Below, piece by piece: positions 9,481 through 19,295 of a DNA stretch of 41,573 nt. A model generated the notes under the pieces. It had not been told where the DNA came from. It saw only the letters and a program-made list of their open reading frames with translations, and did no database searches. The stretch is from Rhodoferax sp. Its GTDB lineage: Bacteria > Pseudomonadota > Gammaproteobacteria > Burkholderiales > Burkholderiaceae_C. The DNA is taken from the NCBI GenBank assembly GCA_030833685.1, contig JAURGS010000001.1:1-41573 (forward strand). Reading direction: 5' to 3'. Each line of letters begins with the position of its first letter. Positions within the stretch are counted from its first letter, which is position 1. A program made the translations under genes and the position numbers.

Positions 9481-11130
9481 ATGAAGCGTGAATTGATGAC
9501 AACCGCTACCCGCTGGGTAATGCTCGGCTTGGCTGCGGCCATGTTGGCCGCCTGCGCGCAACGTCCGCCGCTGGCTGCCGACGCGAACTACAAGTTGACC
9601 GTGCTGCACACCAATGATCACCACGGGCGTTTCTGGCGCAACGATGACGGTGAATATGGTTTGGCAGCGCGCAAGACCCTCATTGATGGTATTCGCCAGC
9701 AGGTCAAGGCCTCCGGTGGCCATAGCCTTTTGCTTGATGGTGGCGATGTCAATATGGGGGTGCCTGAGTCCGATACCCAGGACGCTGAGCCAGACTTCAA
9801 AGGTATGAACATGCTGGGCTACGACGCCATGGCAGTGGGCAACCATGAATTCGACAAACCGCTGAGCGTTTTGAACAAGCAGCAGAGCTGGATCAAGTTT
9901 CCAATGCTCAGCGCCAACATCTACAAAGACGGCAAACGTCTTTTCAAGCCCTACCAGGTGTTTGATTTTGCCGGTTTGAAAGTGGCCGTCATGGGGCTGA
10001 CCACGGACGACACAGCCAAGATGGTAGACCCCGAGAATGTGCGCGGCATTGAGTTTCGTAAGCCCGCAGCCGAGGCCGCCGGGCTCATGAGCGAACTCAA
10101 GCGCCAGGCCCATGTGGTGATTGCCACGACGCACATGGGGCATTTCCCTGACGGCAAGAGCGGTATCTCCGCCGCAGGCGATGTGGAGATGGCACGCGCG
10201 GTTAGCGGCTTGAATTTGATCGTGGGTGGGCACAGCCAGAACCCGGTGTGTATGAGCGCTGAGAATAAGCGCAATGAGGCCTATGTCCCTGGTACCCCTT
10301 GCGCACCAGATCGACAGAATGGCGCCTGGATTGTGCAAGCCCACGAATGGGGCAAGTATGTTGGCCGGGCGGATTTCGAGTACCGCCAAGGCGAGCTGAA
10401 GCTCTTGCGCTATGAGCTCATCCCGGTGAATCTAAAAAAGTCGGTCAAAGGTGCTGACGGTAAAAGTAGCAAGGTGCTCTATGGCGCCAGCATCGCCGAA
10501 GATCCTGCGATGCTGGAATTCCTCAAGCCTTACCAGGACAAGGGCCGTGCGGCGCTGGACGTGAAGGTCGGTGCAGTCGACAACAAACTCGAGGGTGATC
10601 GTGCGCTGGTTCGCAAGCAGCCGACTAACCTGGGCGTGTTGATTGCGACCGCCATGAAAAACAAGGCCAAGGCTGATCTGGCCATCATGAACGCGGGTGG
10701 CGTGCGGGACTCCATCAAGCCAGGTGATGTCACATACAAAGACGTGCTCAAGGTGCAGCCATTCTCGAACACCCTGGTTTATGTCGAGCTCACCGGCAAG
10801 GAAGTGCTCGATTACCTCAACGCAGCTGCCAAGATGAGCCCGGGCTCAGGCGCCTTTCCGCAGTTTGCCGGCGTGCGCATGACGATATCGGGTGGCGTTG
10901 CGTCTGACGTTCAGATCGGGGGAGCCGCATTGAACCCTCAAAAAACTTACCGCATGGCGCTGAACAACTTCCAAGCCAATGGCGGTGACGGTTATCCACG
11001 ACTGTCGGGTCACCCCGGTTTTGTGAACACGGGCTTTGTTGACGCCGACGTGTTGCGTAGCTTTTTTGCAGAGAAGCCAATGATCAGCGCTAAAGACTTT
11101 GACCCGGGCAGTTCGGTGACGCGCCGTTAG
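9481..11130 (+). CDS. ushA: UDP-sugar hydrolase/5'-nucleotidase, lipoprotein
   Basis: LHTNDHHG, LLDGGD, GNHEFD, THMG, GGHSQ, QAHEWGKYVG and GGVR motifs of UshA; lipobox LAAC. Confidence 0.9.
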   Translation: MKRELMTTATRWVMLGLAAAMLAACAQRPPLAADANYKLTVLHTNDHHGRFWRNDDGEYGLAARKTLIDGIRQQVKASGGHSLLLDGGDVNMGVPESDTQDAEPDFKGMNMLGYDAMAVGNHEFDKPLSVLNKQQSWIKFPMLSANIYKDGKRLFKPYQVFDFAGLKVAVMGLTTDDTAKMVDPENVRGIEFRKPAAEAAGLMSELKRQAHVVIATTHMGHFPDGKSGISAAGDVEMARAVSGLNLIVGGHSQNPVCMSAENKRNEAYVPGTPCAPDRQNGAWIVQAHEWGKYVGRADFEYRQGELKLLRYELIPVNLKKSVKGADGKSSKVLYGASIAEDPAMLEFLKPYQDKGRAALDVKVGAVDNKLEGDRALVRKQPTNLGVLIATAMKNKAKADLAIMNAGGVRDSIKPGDVTYKDVLKVQPFSNTLVYVELTGKEVLDYLNAAAKMSPGSGAFPQFAGVRMTISGGVASDVQIGGAALNPQKTYRMALNNFQANGGDGYPRLSGHPGFVNTGFVDADVLRSFFAEKPMISAKDFDPGSSVTRR

Positions 11131-11149
11131 GCCAAAGCAGCCCGCCAGC

Positions 11150-12007
11150 TCAGGTTGGGCTGGCCTGCTTGTCCCCTCTGAGCTCGCGCAGGCGTTCCTT
11201 GAGGTAGCTGTCTGCGCTGTAGCGCGCCGACAGCACCACGTCGGGCCGTGGGTGCAGGAACAGTGGCAGCGAAATGCGCGATTTAAGCGCGCCAGGGCCA
11301 GTGGGGTTGAGCACGCGGTGCACAGTGGATGGGTAGTGCTGCGCCGACGCTTCGGCCAGCATGTCGCCGGTATTGACGATCAGCAGACCAAAGTCGCAAG
11401 GGACGTCGTGCCAGGCCTGGTCTTTGCCCAGCACTTGCAGCCCGGGCTCATTGGCCGCCGGCAAAATAGTCAGCAAATTGATGTCCCCATGTGCAGCTGC
11501 CCTCAGTGACCCCGGTGGTTCCTGCCCGCTTAAGGGCGGGTAATGCAAAACGCGCAGCAGCGTTTGTTCTGAGCCCTTGATCATGTCGGGCAAAGGCATG
11601 CTGTAGCGTGCCTTGACCTCTGGGGGCGAGTGGGCTTCGACCCAGCCGAGCAAGGTGGCTGCCAGCGCCGCTCCTTGCGCGTAGTAGCGCTGCGCGCCGT
11701 CAGACACCTCGGCGGGGTAACGTCCCCAGGGGTAGATGTGATAGAACTCCTTGAGGTCTTTTTGCGTATGGTTTTTGGCAGTCTCCGAAACCGCGGTTGA
11801 GAAATAACCGTCATACCGCTTGGGGTCATAGCGGTAGGTGAACTTGGCTTCAGAGCGAAAAAACCCCAGCCATTCGTCGTATATCTGGCTGACCAACTCA
11901 CGCGGCAGGGGGTGATGGCTGAGCACGGCAAAGCCAGTTTCATGCAGGCTTTTGCAAAACAGTTCTGGGGCGCGAGGATCGCGAAAATCAACAACGGGTA
12001 GCTGCAT
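11150..12007 (-). CDS. Isopenicillin-N-synthase-family 2OG-Fe(II) oxygenase
   Basis: LPVVDF...ETGF N-terminus, LRVLHYPP, HGD (HxD), distal His in STVHRV, and RIS (RxS) 2OG-binding motif; start at MQLPVVDF (12007). Confidence 0.88.
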   Translation of the reverse strand: MQLPVVDFRDPRAPELFCKSLHETGFAVLSHHPLPRELVSQIYDEWLGFFRSEAKFTYRYDPKRYDGYFSTAVSETAKNHTQKDLKEFYHIYPWGRYPAEVSDGAQRYYAQGAALAATLLGWVEAHSPPEVKARYSMPLPDMIKGSEQTLLRVLHYPPLSGQEPPGSLRAAAHGDINLLTILPAANEPGLQVLGKDQAWHDVPCDFGLLIVNTGDMLAEASAQHYPSTVHRVLNPTGPGALKSRISLPLFLHPRPDVVLSARYSADSYLKERLRELRGDKQASPT

Positions 12008-12015
12008 CGGATTTC

Positions 12016-13008
12016 CTAGGGTGATAGCCAGGGCTGCATCAAAGTCTCCTCCAACAGGCTCAGACAGGCCTGGCTTTGAACTGACATACAGGCCTTGGAC
12101 TGCGGCATATTTGCTTCCCAGCCAGCTTGTGCGTAATGCATAAAAGGCTGGCGGCACATCATGGTTTGACCCTGCGCCAGGCCCTCGAGCGCCACGCGAA
12201 TGACGCCGCTTTCGGTGCCAAAGTAATCGGGATGCAGCAGATACATGAACGCCAGCAAATCATGGGCGTAGCTGCCGGGCTGGGTTACCAGATGCCCGTG
12301 GCGCGTGGCATAAAAATTGGCGTAAAAGCGAAAGGCATGCAGCAAAGCATCAGTTGCCGGGTGCTGGTGTGCTGCTGCCACACGCTCCAGCATCTCGACA
12401 GTCACCACCACGCGGTGGGTCACATCCAGCCCCACCATGGTCAACGGCCAGCCTGCGGTGAAGACCCGATCAGCCGCGTCGGGGTCATTCCAAATATTGG
12501 CCTCTGCCACGGGTGAGACGTTGCCCGGCTCCAGAACAGTACCGCCCATGATCACGATCGATTTGACGTGCGTGGGCAAATCTGGTTGCAGTGTCAAAGC
12601 ATCGGCCAGATTGGTCAGCGGACCAACTGCGACCAGGCTCACCTCTCCAGGGCGCGCCATGACGGTGTCAACAATGAAATTGGCGGCGCTGCGCGAATCC
12701 GCGCAGCGGGTGGCAGGACGTGTCAGGGCCAATTCCCCTAAGCCATCTGCACCGTGAATGAAGGCAGGGGGTGGGTGGGGCGCTTTGCGCCAGGGTTTGC
12801 CAGCGCCTTGCGCTACGGCCACATCCCGATCGCACAGGTGCGTCAATAGCAAGGCATTGGCTGTTGCCTGGGGGACCTCTACATTGCCAAAGACCGTGGT
12901 GATGCCCAGCATCTCGATATCGGGATGCGCCAATGCAAACAGCAGTGCTAGGGCGTCATCAACCCCTGGGTCGGTGTCAAAAATAACCGGAATTCGCCCC
13001 TGGCTCAT
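12016..13008 (-). CDS. Nucleoside hydrolase (IU-NH family)
   Basis: DTDPGVDD, HGADGLG, GPLTNLA, AEANIWNDP, GLDVT and HD motifs. Confidence 0.92.
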   Translation of the reverse strand: MSQGRIPVIFDTDPGVDDALALLFALAHPDIEMLGITTVFGNVEVPQATANALLLTHLCDRDVAVAQGAGKPWRKAPHPPPAFIHGADGLGELALTRPATRCADSRSAANFIVDTVMARPGEVSLVAVGPLTNLADALTLQPDLPTHVKSIVIMGGTVLEPGNVSPVAEANIWNDPDAADRVFTAGWPLTMVGLDVTHRVVVTVEMLERVAAAHQHPATDALLHAFRFYANFYATRHGHLVTQPGSYAHDLLAFMYLLHPDYFGTESGVIRVALEGLAQGQTMMCRQPFMHYAQAGWEANMPQSKACMSVQSQACLSLLEETLMQPWLSP

Positions 13009-13958
13009 AGCACTTGCAGGTCGCTTGGTTGCAGGCCGCAGTAGGCCAGCAACTGCTCGCGCGCCACGTCAGATTGGGTTTTGTGCGCGGCCATGAAGTC
13101 GTCAAGAGACTGCGCGCTGGGAATGCTGGACTGGGCTCCTGGCAGCATGCAGGCCAATGCTGCTGCTGCACTGGCTTTGGCCGTTGCCGCTGGCAGCGTG
13201 CTCTTAGAGGCCAGGGCAGCGACTAAAACGCCGCAGAAGGTGTCGCCGGCGCCCGTGGTGTCCACGGCTTGAACAGACACCGCCGGCTCGACCCAGAACC
13301 CAGCTTCACTGAGGGCACAACAGCCCTTGTCACCCAGGGTTGTGATGACGGCGGACAGGTTCAGTGTACGCATGCGCTGGGCGATGGACCCTGCTGTGGG
13401 TGAAACCGCGCTGAGCTCACCCTCGTTGACGATCAGCAGGTCGATCGTGCCAAGCAACGCCTGGTCAAGTGGCTGCGCGGGGGCTGCGTTCAGGACAACC
13501 TGCACCCCCTGATCCCGCGCCCGCTGGGCAAACGCACGCACCGTCGCCAGCGGTATTTCCAGTTGCATCACCAGGTGCGTGACGCCCTCAAGTGAGGGCA
13601 AGTGAGTCGGTTGTAATCGTGCGTTGGCACCCGGGGCTACCGTGATGGCGTTTTGTGCGTCATCACTGACACAGATAAACGCAGTTCCTGTCGGAGTGTC
13701 GGCGATCCGTTGGCTTAGCAATTGCACGCCCGCGTCTTGAAGGCTGGCTTCGATGGGCTTGGCGAAATCATCACAGCCCAACGCCAGCAACATCTGTGTG
13801 GGCGCCCGGCCGGCTTTGGCGCAGGCCGCCGCCTGGTTAGCGCCTTTGCCGCCCGGGTAAGTTGCAAAGCTTTGTCCGAGCACCGTCTCACCCGGGGCGG
13901 GGATGTGCGAGGCGCGAACCACAAAGTCCAAATTGGCAGATCCCGCAAACAAAATCAT
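13005..13958 (-). CDS. rbsK: Ribokinase
   Basis: GSANLD, PGGKGANQA, LNAAPA, VNEGE and DTTGAGDTF (PfkB) motifs. Confidence 0.92.
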   Translation of the reverse strand: MILFAGSANLDFVVRASHIPAPGETVLGQSFATYPGGKGANQAAACAKAGRAPTQMLLALGCDDFAKPIEASLQDAGVQLLSQRIADTPTGTAFICVSDDAQNAITVAPGANARLQPTHLPSLEGVTHLVMQLEIPLATVRAFAQRARDQGVQVVLNAAPAQPLDQALLGTIDLLIVNEGELSAVSPTAGSIAQRMRTLNLSAVITTLGDKGCCALSEAGFWVEPAVSVQAVDTTGAGDTFCGVLVAALASKSTLPAATAKASAAAALACMLPGAQSSIPSAQSLDDFMAAHKTQSDVAREQLLAYCGLQPSDLQVL

Positions 13959-14162
13959 GGGCAGAGGATGGGGTGTTTTAAGTGCAGGCGTGCAACATCA
14001 AGCCGCCTGTCGGCGCAGTGTACAAGCGCTGCTGCACCCTGGCCCAAGACTTTGATTAGGGAAAGTCCTAGTGCTCTGGAGCGCAGAAATTTCACCCTGG
14101 CGCAGCGCGTCTTTGCTATGCTCATGCTCTGCCGATCAACCCCTTACCCCAACAGGATTGCC

Positions 14163-15146
14163 ATGAAACCCTCTAAACACCCGATTCGCCTTTCCTTGCT
14201 TGCTTTGGCAAGTGCCGCTGCCATGAGCGCCTATGCGGACCCTGCAATTATTTATGACATGGGCGGAAAATTTGACAAGTCGTTCAATGAGGCCGCCTAC
14301 AACGGCATGCAACGCTGGACCAAGGAGACGGGTAAGCCGTACCTGGAGTTTGAAATTGCCAATGAGTCGCAGCGCGAGCAAGCGATTCGTCGTATGGCCG
14401 AAAAAGGCGCCAACCCCATCATCGGGGTTGGCTTCAGCCAGGCCTCGAGCATCGAAAAAGTTGCCAAGGAGTTCCCCAAACTCAAATTTGCGATCGTCGA
14501 CATGGTGGTGAATTTGCCCAATGTGGAGTCGGTTGTGTTCAAAGAGCAAGAGGGCAGCTTCCTGGTTGGGGCGATGGCTGCCATGGCCAGCAAGACCGGC
14601 AAGGTGGGTTTTGTGGGTGGCATGGATATCCCCTTGATTCGCCGTTTTGCGTGCGGCTACGAGCAGGGCGCTAAATTTATCAACGCCAAGGCTGAGGTTT
14701 ATCAGAACATGACGGGCACCACCGGTGCGGCCTGGAACGACCCAGGTCGCGGTGGTGAGCTGGCCAAGGCGCAATTTGCCAAAGGCGCAGATGTGGTCTT
14801 CGCGGCTGCCGGTGGAACGGGCATTGGCGTCTACCAGGCTGCCAAAGATAGCGGCAAGCTCGCCATTGGCGTGGACAGCAATCAGAACCATTTGCAGCCG
14901 GGCACCATGCTGACCTCAATGCTCAAGCGCGTGGATGTGGCGGTCTACAACGTATCGAAGAATCACAAGCCGGGCGTCACTGTACTGGGCCTCAAAGAGG
15001 GCGGTATTGACTACGCCGTGGACACGCACAATGCCAAGTTGGTGAGCGCCGACATGAAGAAGAAAGTGGATGCCGCCAAGGCCGACATCATCAGCGGCAA
15101 GATTAAGGTCGCCGATTACATGGCAGGTAACGCCTGCAAGTATTGA
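14163..15146 (+). CDS. BMP family (PnrA/NupN-like) nucleoside ABC substrate-binding protein
   Basis: GGKFDKSFN, EQEGSFLVG, AGGTG, AIGVDSNQ and TSMLKRVD motifs; ATG 14163 with an AGGA RBS. Confidence 0.9.
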   Translation: MKPSKHPIRLSLLALASAAAMSAYADPAIIYDMGGKFDKSFNEAAYNGMQRWTKETGKPYLEFEIANESQREQAIRRMAEKGANPIIGVGFSQASSIEKVAKEFPKLKFAIVDMVVNLPNVESVVFKEQEGSFLVGAMAAMASKTGKVGFVGGMDIPLIRRFACGYEQGAKFINAKAEVYQNMTGTTGAAWNDPGRGGELAKAQFAKGADVVFAAAGGTGIGVYQAAKDSGKLAIGVDSNQNHLQPGTMLTSMLKRVDVAVYNVSKNHKPGVTVLGLKEGGIDYAVDTHNAKLVSADMKKKVDAAKADIISGKIKVADYMAGNACKY

Positions 15147-15255
15147 GCGCGGCGCAGTCCGCACGGGGTCTGGCTCCCGGTGGGCTTGACGTTTGGTCCC
15201 ACCGAAGGGCGCTTGCCAGTGGCAGCGCCCGACCGATTGCAGCGCTTTGGATTCT

Positions 15256-16809
15256 TTGAACAGCCAGCCTGAAAAAAGCAGAGACGGCACGCATTGGGCC
15301 GTGGAGATGCTTGGCATCAACAAGCGCTTTGGCGAAACCCAGGCCAATGATGATGTCAACCTGCGCGTGGCGGTGGGCTCCGTGCACGGTTTGGTTGGCG
15401 AGAACGGCGCGGGCAAAAGCACGCTGATGTCGGTGCTGTATGGCTTGTATGCGCCAGACAGTGGGCAGATTCGCTTGGCTGGACACGCGGTGCAGATTCG
15501 AAGCGCCGACGACGCCATTGCCAATGGCGTGGGTATGGTGCACCAGCATTTCATGTTGGTTGAGACCCTGAGTGCAATCGAAAACATCATGCTCGGTGCC
15601 GAACCGCATTGGTTTTTACCCGCAGCGCTCGAGCAGGTGCGATCGACCTTGTCCGCATTGATGTCCACGACGGGCTTGCAGGTTCGGCTTGATCAGTTGG
15701 TTGCAGATTTGCCAGTGGGCGAGCGCCAGCGCCTGGAGATACTGAAGGCGCTTTATCGAGGCGCAAGGCTTTTGATTTTGGATGAGCCCACCGCGGTGTT
15801 GACGCCTCAGGAAACCCAGCAGCTCTTTGGTGTGCTGCGCCAGTTGCGTGATCAAGGCACGACCGTGGTCTTGATTACCCACAAGTTGCATGAAGTCATG
15901 GCTTTGTGCGATCAGGTGACGGTTATGCGGGGTGGGCGAGTGGTTCAGGAGTTGCCCATCGCCAAGGCCTCTGTGGACGCCCTGGCTGAGGCCATGGTGG
16001 GTCGCGAAGTCAATCTGGGCCGAGCCCCAACAAACAGTCAAACACCGGGGGAGACCTTGTTGCAAGCCAGCAGCTTGCGCTACACCGACGCGTTTGGCGT
16101 ACAACGTCTGCGCGATGTATCCCTGGCGCTGCGAGCCGGCGAGATCGTTGGCTTGGCGGGGGTCTCTGGCAACGGGCAGAGCGAATTGCTAGATGTGTTG
16201 GCCGGCCTGCTTGCACCGGATAGGGGTGAGCTGATTCTGTGCGGTCACCGCTATGCTGCCGGGTCTTGGCACGACGGCGCCCAAGCGCGAGCCCACGGCT
16301 TAGCCCATGTGCCCGAGGATCGTCAGGCCCGAGCGCTGGTATTGGACTTTGCCGCCTGGGAGTCAGCCGTTTTGGGATACGACAGTTTGCCCACCTATTG
16401 CGAGCGTGGTTGGATGAATCAGGCTGCGATGCATCAGGCAACTGCTGCCATGATGAAAGCCTTTGATGTTCGACCGCCCAATCCGGATCTGCCCAGCGGT
16501 CAATTTTCGGGCGGTAATCAGCAAAAATTTGTGCTGGCGCGCGAACTGGGCCAACAACCCCGGGTCTTGTTGGTGGGGCAGCCGACCCGTGGCGTGGACA
16601 TCGGTGCCATTGAATTCATTTATGCGCGCTTGCGTGCGCTGCGAGATGCCGGGTGCGCCATTTTGTTGGTTTCCAGTGATCTTGACGAGATCATGAGTTT
16701 GTCTGATCGCGTGTTGGTGATGCACCAGGGCGCACTCACCGGTAATCTGGCGCATCAAGACTGCACGCCTGCGCGCCTGGGTCTGTTGATGGCAGGAGGC
16801 AGCGCGTGA
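15256..16809 (+). CDS. Nucleoside ABC transporter ATPase with two ABC domains (NupA/NupO-like)
   Basis: GENGAGKST, GMVHQHF, LDEPT, HVPEDR, SGGNQQK and QPTRGVD motifs. The start is uncertain between 15193 and 15307. Confidence 0.85.
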   Translation: MNSQPEKSRDGTHWAVEMLGINKRFGETQANDDVNLRVAVGSVHGLVGENGAGKSTLMSVLYGLYAPDSGQIRLAGHAVQIRSADDAIANGVGMVHQHFMLVETLSAIENIMLGAEPHWFLPAALEQVRSTLSALMSTTGLQVRLDQLVADLPVGERQRLEILKALYRGARLLILDEPTAVLTPQETQQLFGVLRQLRDQGTTVVLITHKLHEVMALCDQVTVMRGGRVVQELPIAKASVDALAEAMVGREVNLGRAPTNSQTPGETLLQASSLRYTDAFGVQRLRDVSLALRAGEIVGLAGVSGNGQSELLDVLAGLLAPDRGELILCGHRYAAGSWHDGAQARAHGLAHVPEDRQARALVLDFAAWESAVLGYDSLPTYCERGWMNQAAMHQATAAMMKAFDVRPPNPDLPSGQFSGGNQQKFVLARELGQQPRVLLVGQPTRGVDIGAIEFIYARLRALRDAGCAILLVSSDLDEIMSLSDRVLVMHQGALTGNLAHQDCTPARLGLLMAGGSA

Positions 16810-17927
16810 GCCAAGTGCGGCCTTTGCCCCACTGGGCCGACGTTTATGTCTTGCCGCTGTTTTGCTTGCTGGTGGCGATGCTGGCAGCAGGCTTGGTGGT
16901 GGCTTGGGTTGGTCAGGATCCAGCGCAGGTCTTGTCGGTTCTGGTGCAGGGTGCTTTTGGGTCTGCACGCGGCTGGGGTTATACGCTGTACTACACCACG
17001 ACATTTGTGTTGACCGGCCTTGCGGTGGCTGTGGCGTTTCATGCGGGCTTGTTCAATATTGGCGGAGAGGGTCAGGCCGTTATGGGTGGCCTGGGTACGG
17101 CGCTGGTGGCGCTGTGGTTATCCACCGTGTTGCCTGGCTGGTTGATGTTGCCATTGATGTTGGTTGCTGGCGCCGTGTTTGGCATGGTCTGGGCCGCCAT
17201 ACCGGGGTATTTGCAGGCCTACCGGGGCAGTCACGTGGTGATCACCACCATCATGTTCAACTTCATTGCCAGCAGCGTGCTGGTGTACGTGTTGGTCAAC
17301 CATTTGCGCCCGCCTTCTGCGATGGCGGTGGAGAGTGTGTCTTTTGCAGCCAGTGCCAAGTTGCCAGCGGTGCATGAAATGCTAGCCGCCATTGGCCTGA
17401 GCTGGCCAGCTTCACCGCTGAATGCCAGTTTTTTCCTGGCTATGGCAGCGGCCGTGGGCGTGTGGGTGTTTTTGTGGAAGACGCGCCTGGGCTATCGGCT
17501 GCGGGCCGTTGGCGCCAGCGCCAGCGCAGCGCATTACGCGGGCATCGATGCACGTCGCCAATTGCTCATAGCGATGGCAATTTCAGGCGCGCTGGCTGGC
17601 ATGGTGGGGATGAACGAGATTGCCGGCGTTAGCGGCCGCCTGATTCTGGACTTTGTCAGCGGTGCGGGCTTTACCGGCATTGCGGTCTCGCTCATGGGAC
17701 GCAACCACCCCGCGGGCATTGTCATGGCCAGTTTGTTGTTTGGCGCCTTGTTTCAGGGGGGAGCCGAAGTGGCTTTTGAAGTACGCGGTTTCAGTCGTGA
17801 CATGGTGGTGATGCTGCAAGGGTTTATCGTGCTGTTTTCTGGCGCAATGACCTATGTGTTTGCCCCCGTTCTGGGGCGTTTGCTCAGCGCCCTGGGTTTG
17901 TTGCGCGAGCCTGGCGCGGGAGGGTGA
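16806..17927 (+). CDS. Nucleoside ABC permease (NupB-like)
   Basis: GLFNIGGEGQ, VITTIMFN and GFTGIAVSLMGRNHP motifs. Confidence 0.9.
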   Translation: MSQVRPLPHWADVYVLPLFCLLVAMLAAGLVVAWVGQDPAQVLSVLVQGAFGSARGWGYTLYYTTTFVLTGLAVAVAFHAGLFNIGGEGQAVMGGLGTALVALWLSTVLPGWLMLPLMLVAGAVFGMVWAAIPGYLQAYRGSHVVITTIMFNFIASSVLVYVLVNHLRPPSAMAVESVSFAASAKLPAVHEMLAAIGLSWPASPLNASFFLAMAAAVGVWVFLWKTRLGYRLRAVGASASAAHYAGIDARRQLLIAMAISGALAGMVGMNEIAGVSGRLILDFVSGAGFTGIAVSLMGRNHPAGIVMASLLFGALFQGGAEVAFEVRGFSRDMVVMLQGFIVLFSGAMTYVFAPVLGRLLSALGLLREPGAGG

Positions 17928-17931
17928 TGCC

Positions 17932-18891
17932 TTGGATCCGATGTTCATCCCTGACTTGCTGGCTTCCACGATGCGCGTGTCAACCCCGCTCATTTTTTGT
18001 GCGTTGGCGGGCTTGCTCTCTGAGCGCTCGGGGGTGGTGGATATCGGTTTGGAAGGCAAGATGCTCGCTGGTGCGTTTGCGGCTGGTGCAGCAGGTGCAG
18101 CGACGGGCTCATTACCCTTGGCACTGCTGGCAGCGCTGGGCATTGGCATGGTGCTGTCATGGATGCATGGTCTTGCGTGTGTGAGCTTTCCGGGCGATCA
18201 GGTGGTCTCGGGCGTGGCGATCAACATCATCGCCGCGGGCCTGACCATGGTGTTGGGTATTGCCTGGTTTGCGCAAGGCGGCCAGACGCCACCCGTATCG
18301 GATGCAGTTCGCATCAAGGCCCTGTGGCCAGAGCTGTCGGCAGCGCTGAGCCAGTGGCATGTCGTTGGCGCCTATCTGGGCCATGTTCTGCTCGGGCACG
18401 ACGCACTGGTATACCTTGCGTTCGTTTTGGTGCCCTGCATCTGGTGGTTACTGTGGCGCACGCGCTTTGGGCTGCGGCTGCGCGCCGTGGGTGAAAACCC
18501 GCATATGGTGGCTGTTGCGGGCGTGTCAGTCAGGCGGCTACGGTATGCGGCGCTGACGATGAACGGGATGTTGTGTGGCCTGGCAGGCTGCTATCTGGTG
18601 CTGGTGCAAAGCGCGGTTTTTTCCCACAACATGACCGCAGGGCGGGGCTTTATGGCACTGGCGGCGCTGATCTTTGGGCGTTGGCAGCCAAGCAACGCGC
18701 TATGGGCCTGCCTGTTGTTTGGTTTTCTGGACGCGACGGCAATTCGTCTGCAGGGTGCGAGTTTGCCTGTCTTCGGTGAAATTCCGGTGCAGGCGATACA
18801 AGCCTTGCCTTACCTGTTGACGGTGGTGCTGCTGGCCGGTTTTATTGGCAAGGCCATCGCGCCGCGTGCGTTGGGCAAGCCCTATCTATGA
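17932..18891 (+). CDS. Nucleoside ABC permease (NupC-like)
   Basis: SERSGVVDIGLEG, RFGLRLRAVGENP, GRGFMALAALIFG and PRALGKPY motifs; start TTG 17932 or ATG 17941. Confidence 0.9.
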   Translation: MDPMFIPDLLASTMRVSTPLIFCALAGLLSERSGVVDIGLEGKMLAGAFAAGAAGAATGSLPLALLAALGIGMVLSWMHGLACVSFPGDQVVSGVAINIIAAGLTMVLGIAWFAQGGQTPPVSDAVRIKALWPELSAALSQWHVVGAYLGHVLLGHDALVYLAFVLVPCIWWLLWRTRFGLRLRAVGENPHMVAVAGVSVRRLRYAALTMNGMLCGLAGCYLVLVQSAVFSHNMTAGRGFMALAALIFGRWQPSNALWACLLFGFLDATAIRLQGASLPVFGEIPVQAIQALPYLLTVVLLAGFIGKAIAPRALGKPYL

Positions 18892-18998
18892 GCTTTCTGA
18901 GTCCGCAAGTTGTGTTGACTTGACCTGGCTCACCACCGAATGATCCGAGCCACTACGCCTGCCCTGGCGTTGACCTGAATTGCCGCTATGCTTGTCGC

Positions 18999-19229
18999 AT
19001 GAAATTGATAGACCGTATACCGTTTCCGGTGCTGCTGCTGGCCGCCATCTGGCTCGCCGTGGCGCCGATCACACCTGAGCCGCATTTGGTCGAGAAGATG
19101 CGTATGTTGCTTTCCGGTACCCTACACCGACCGATCGACATCTTCGATCTCTTGATGCACGCAACGCCCTTGGTGCTGCTGTGCATTCGGCTGGTTCGGA
19201 TGGGGCTGCAAAGGGGCTCAAAAGAATAG
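18999..19229 (+). CDS. Small two-TM conserved membrane protein of unknown function
   Basis: 76 aa, two hydrophobic segments flanking AP..PEPHLVEK..L..G.L.RPIDIFDL..H; -10-like TATGCT 6 nt upstream of ATG. Confidence 0.75.
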   Translation: MKLIDRIPFPVLLLAAIWLAVAPITPEPHLVEKMRMLLSGTLHRPIDIFDLLMHATPLVLLCIRLVRMGLQRGSKE

Positions 19230-19295
19230 TGGCAAATAGCGACGCCCCGCTCAGCACCAAGGCTTGCGCCGTAATCACCCATTGATAACCATCAC

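Noticed and set aside
9388-10389. 333-aa ORF antisense to ushA, and similar long antisense ORFs over the BMP gene (14136-14891), uvrD (26412-27329) and tarD (22297-23040)
   Set aside because: They mirror well-supported genes and have no recognisable motifs; long antisense ORFs are expected in GC-rich, codon-biased DNA.
13722-14162. N-terminal extensions in the ORF track for the BMP protein, and likewise the Liv binding protein, thioesterase, oxygenase, FecR-like protein, guaC, polA and glyA
   Set aside because: They overlap neighbouring genes or promoters; family homology, signal peptides and RBS or -10 positions point to the downstream starts used above.
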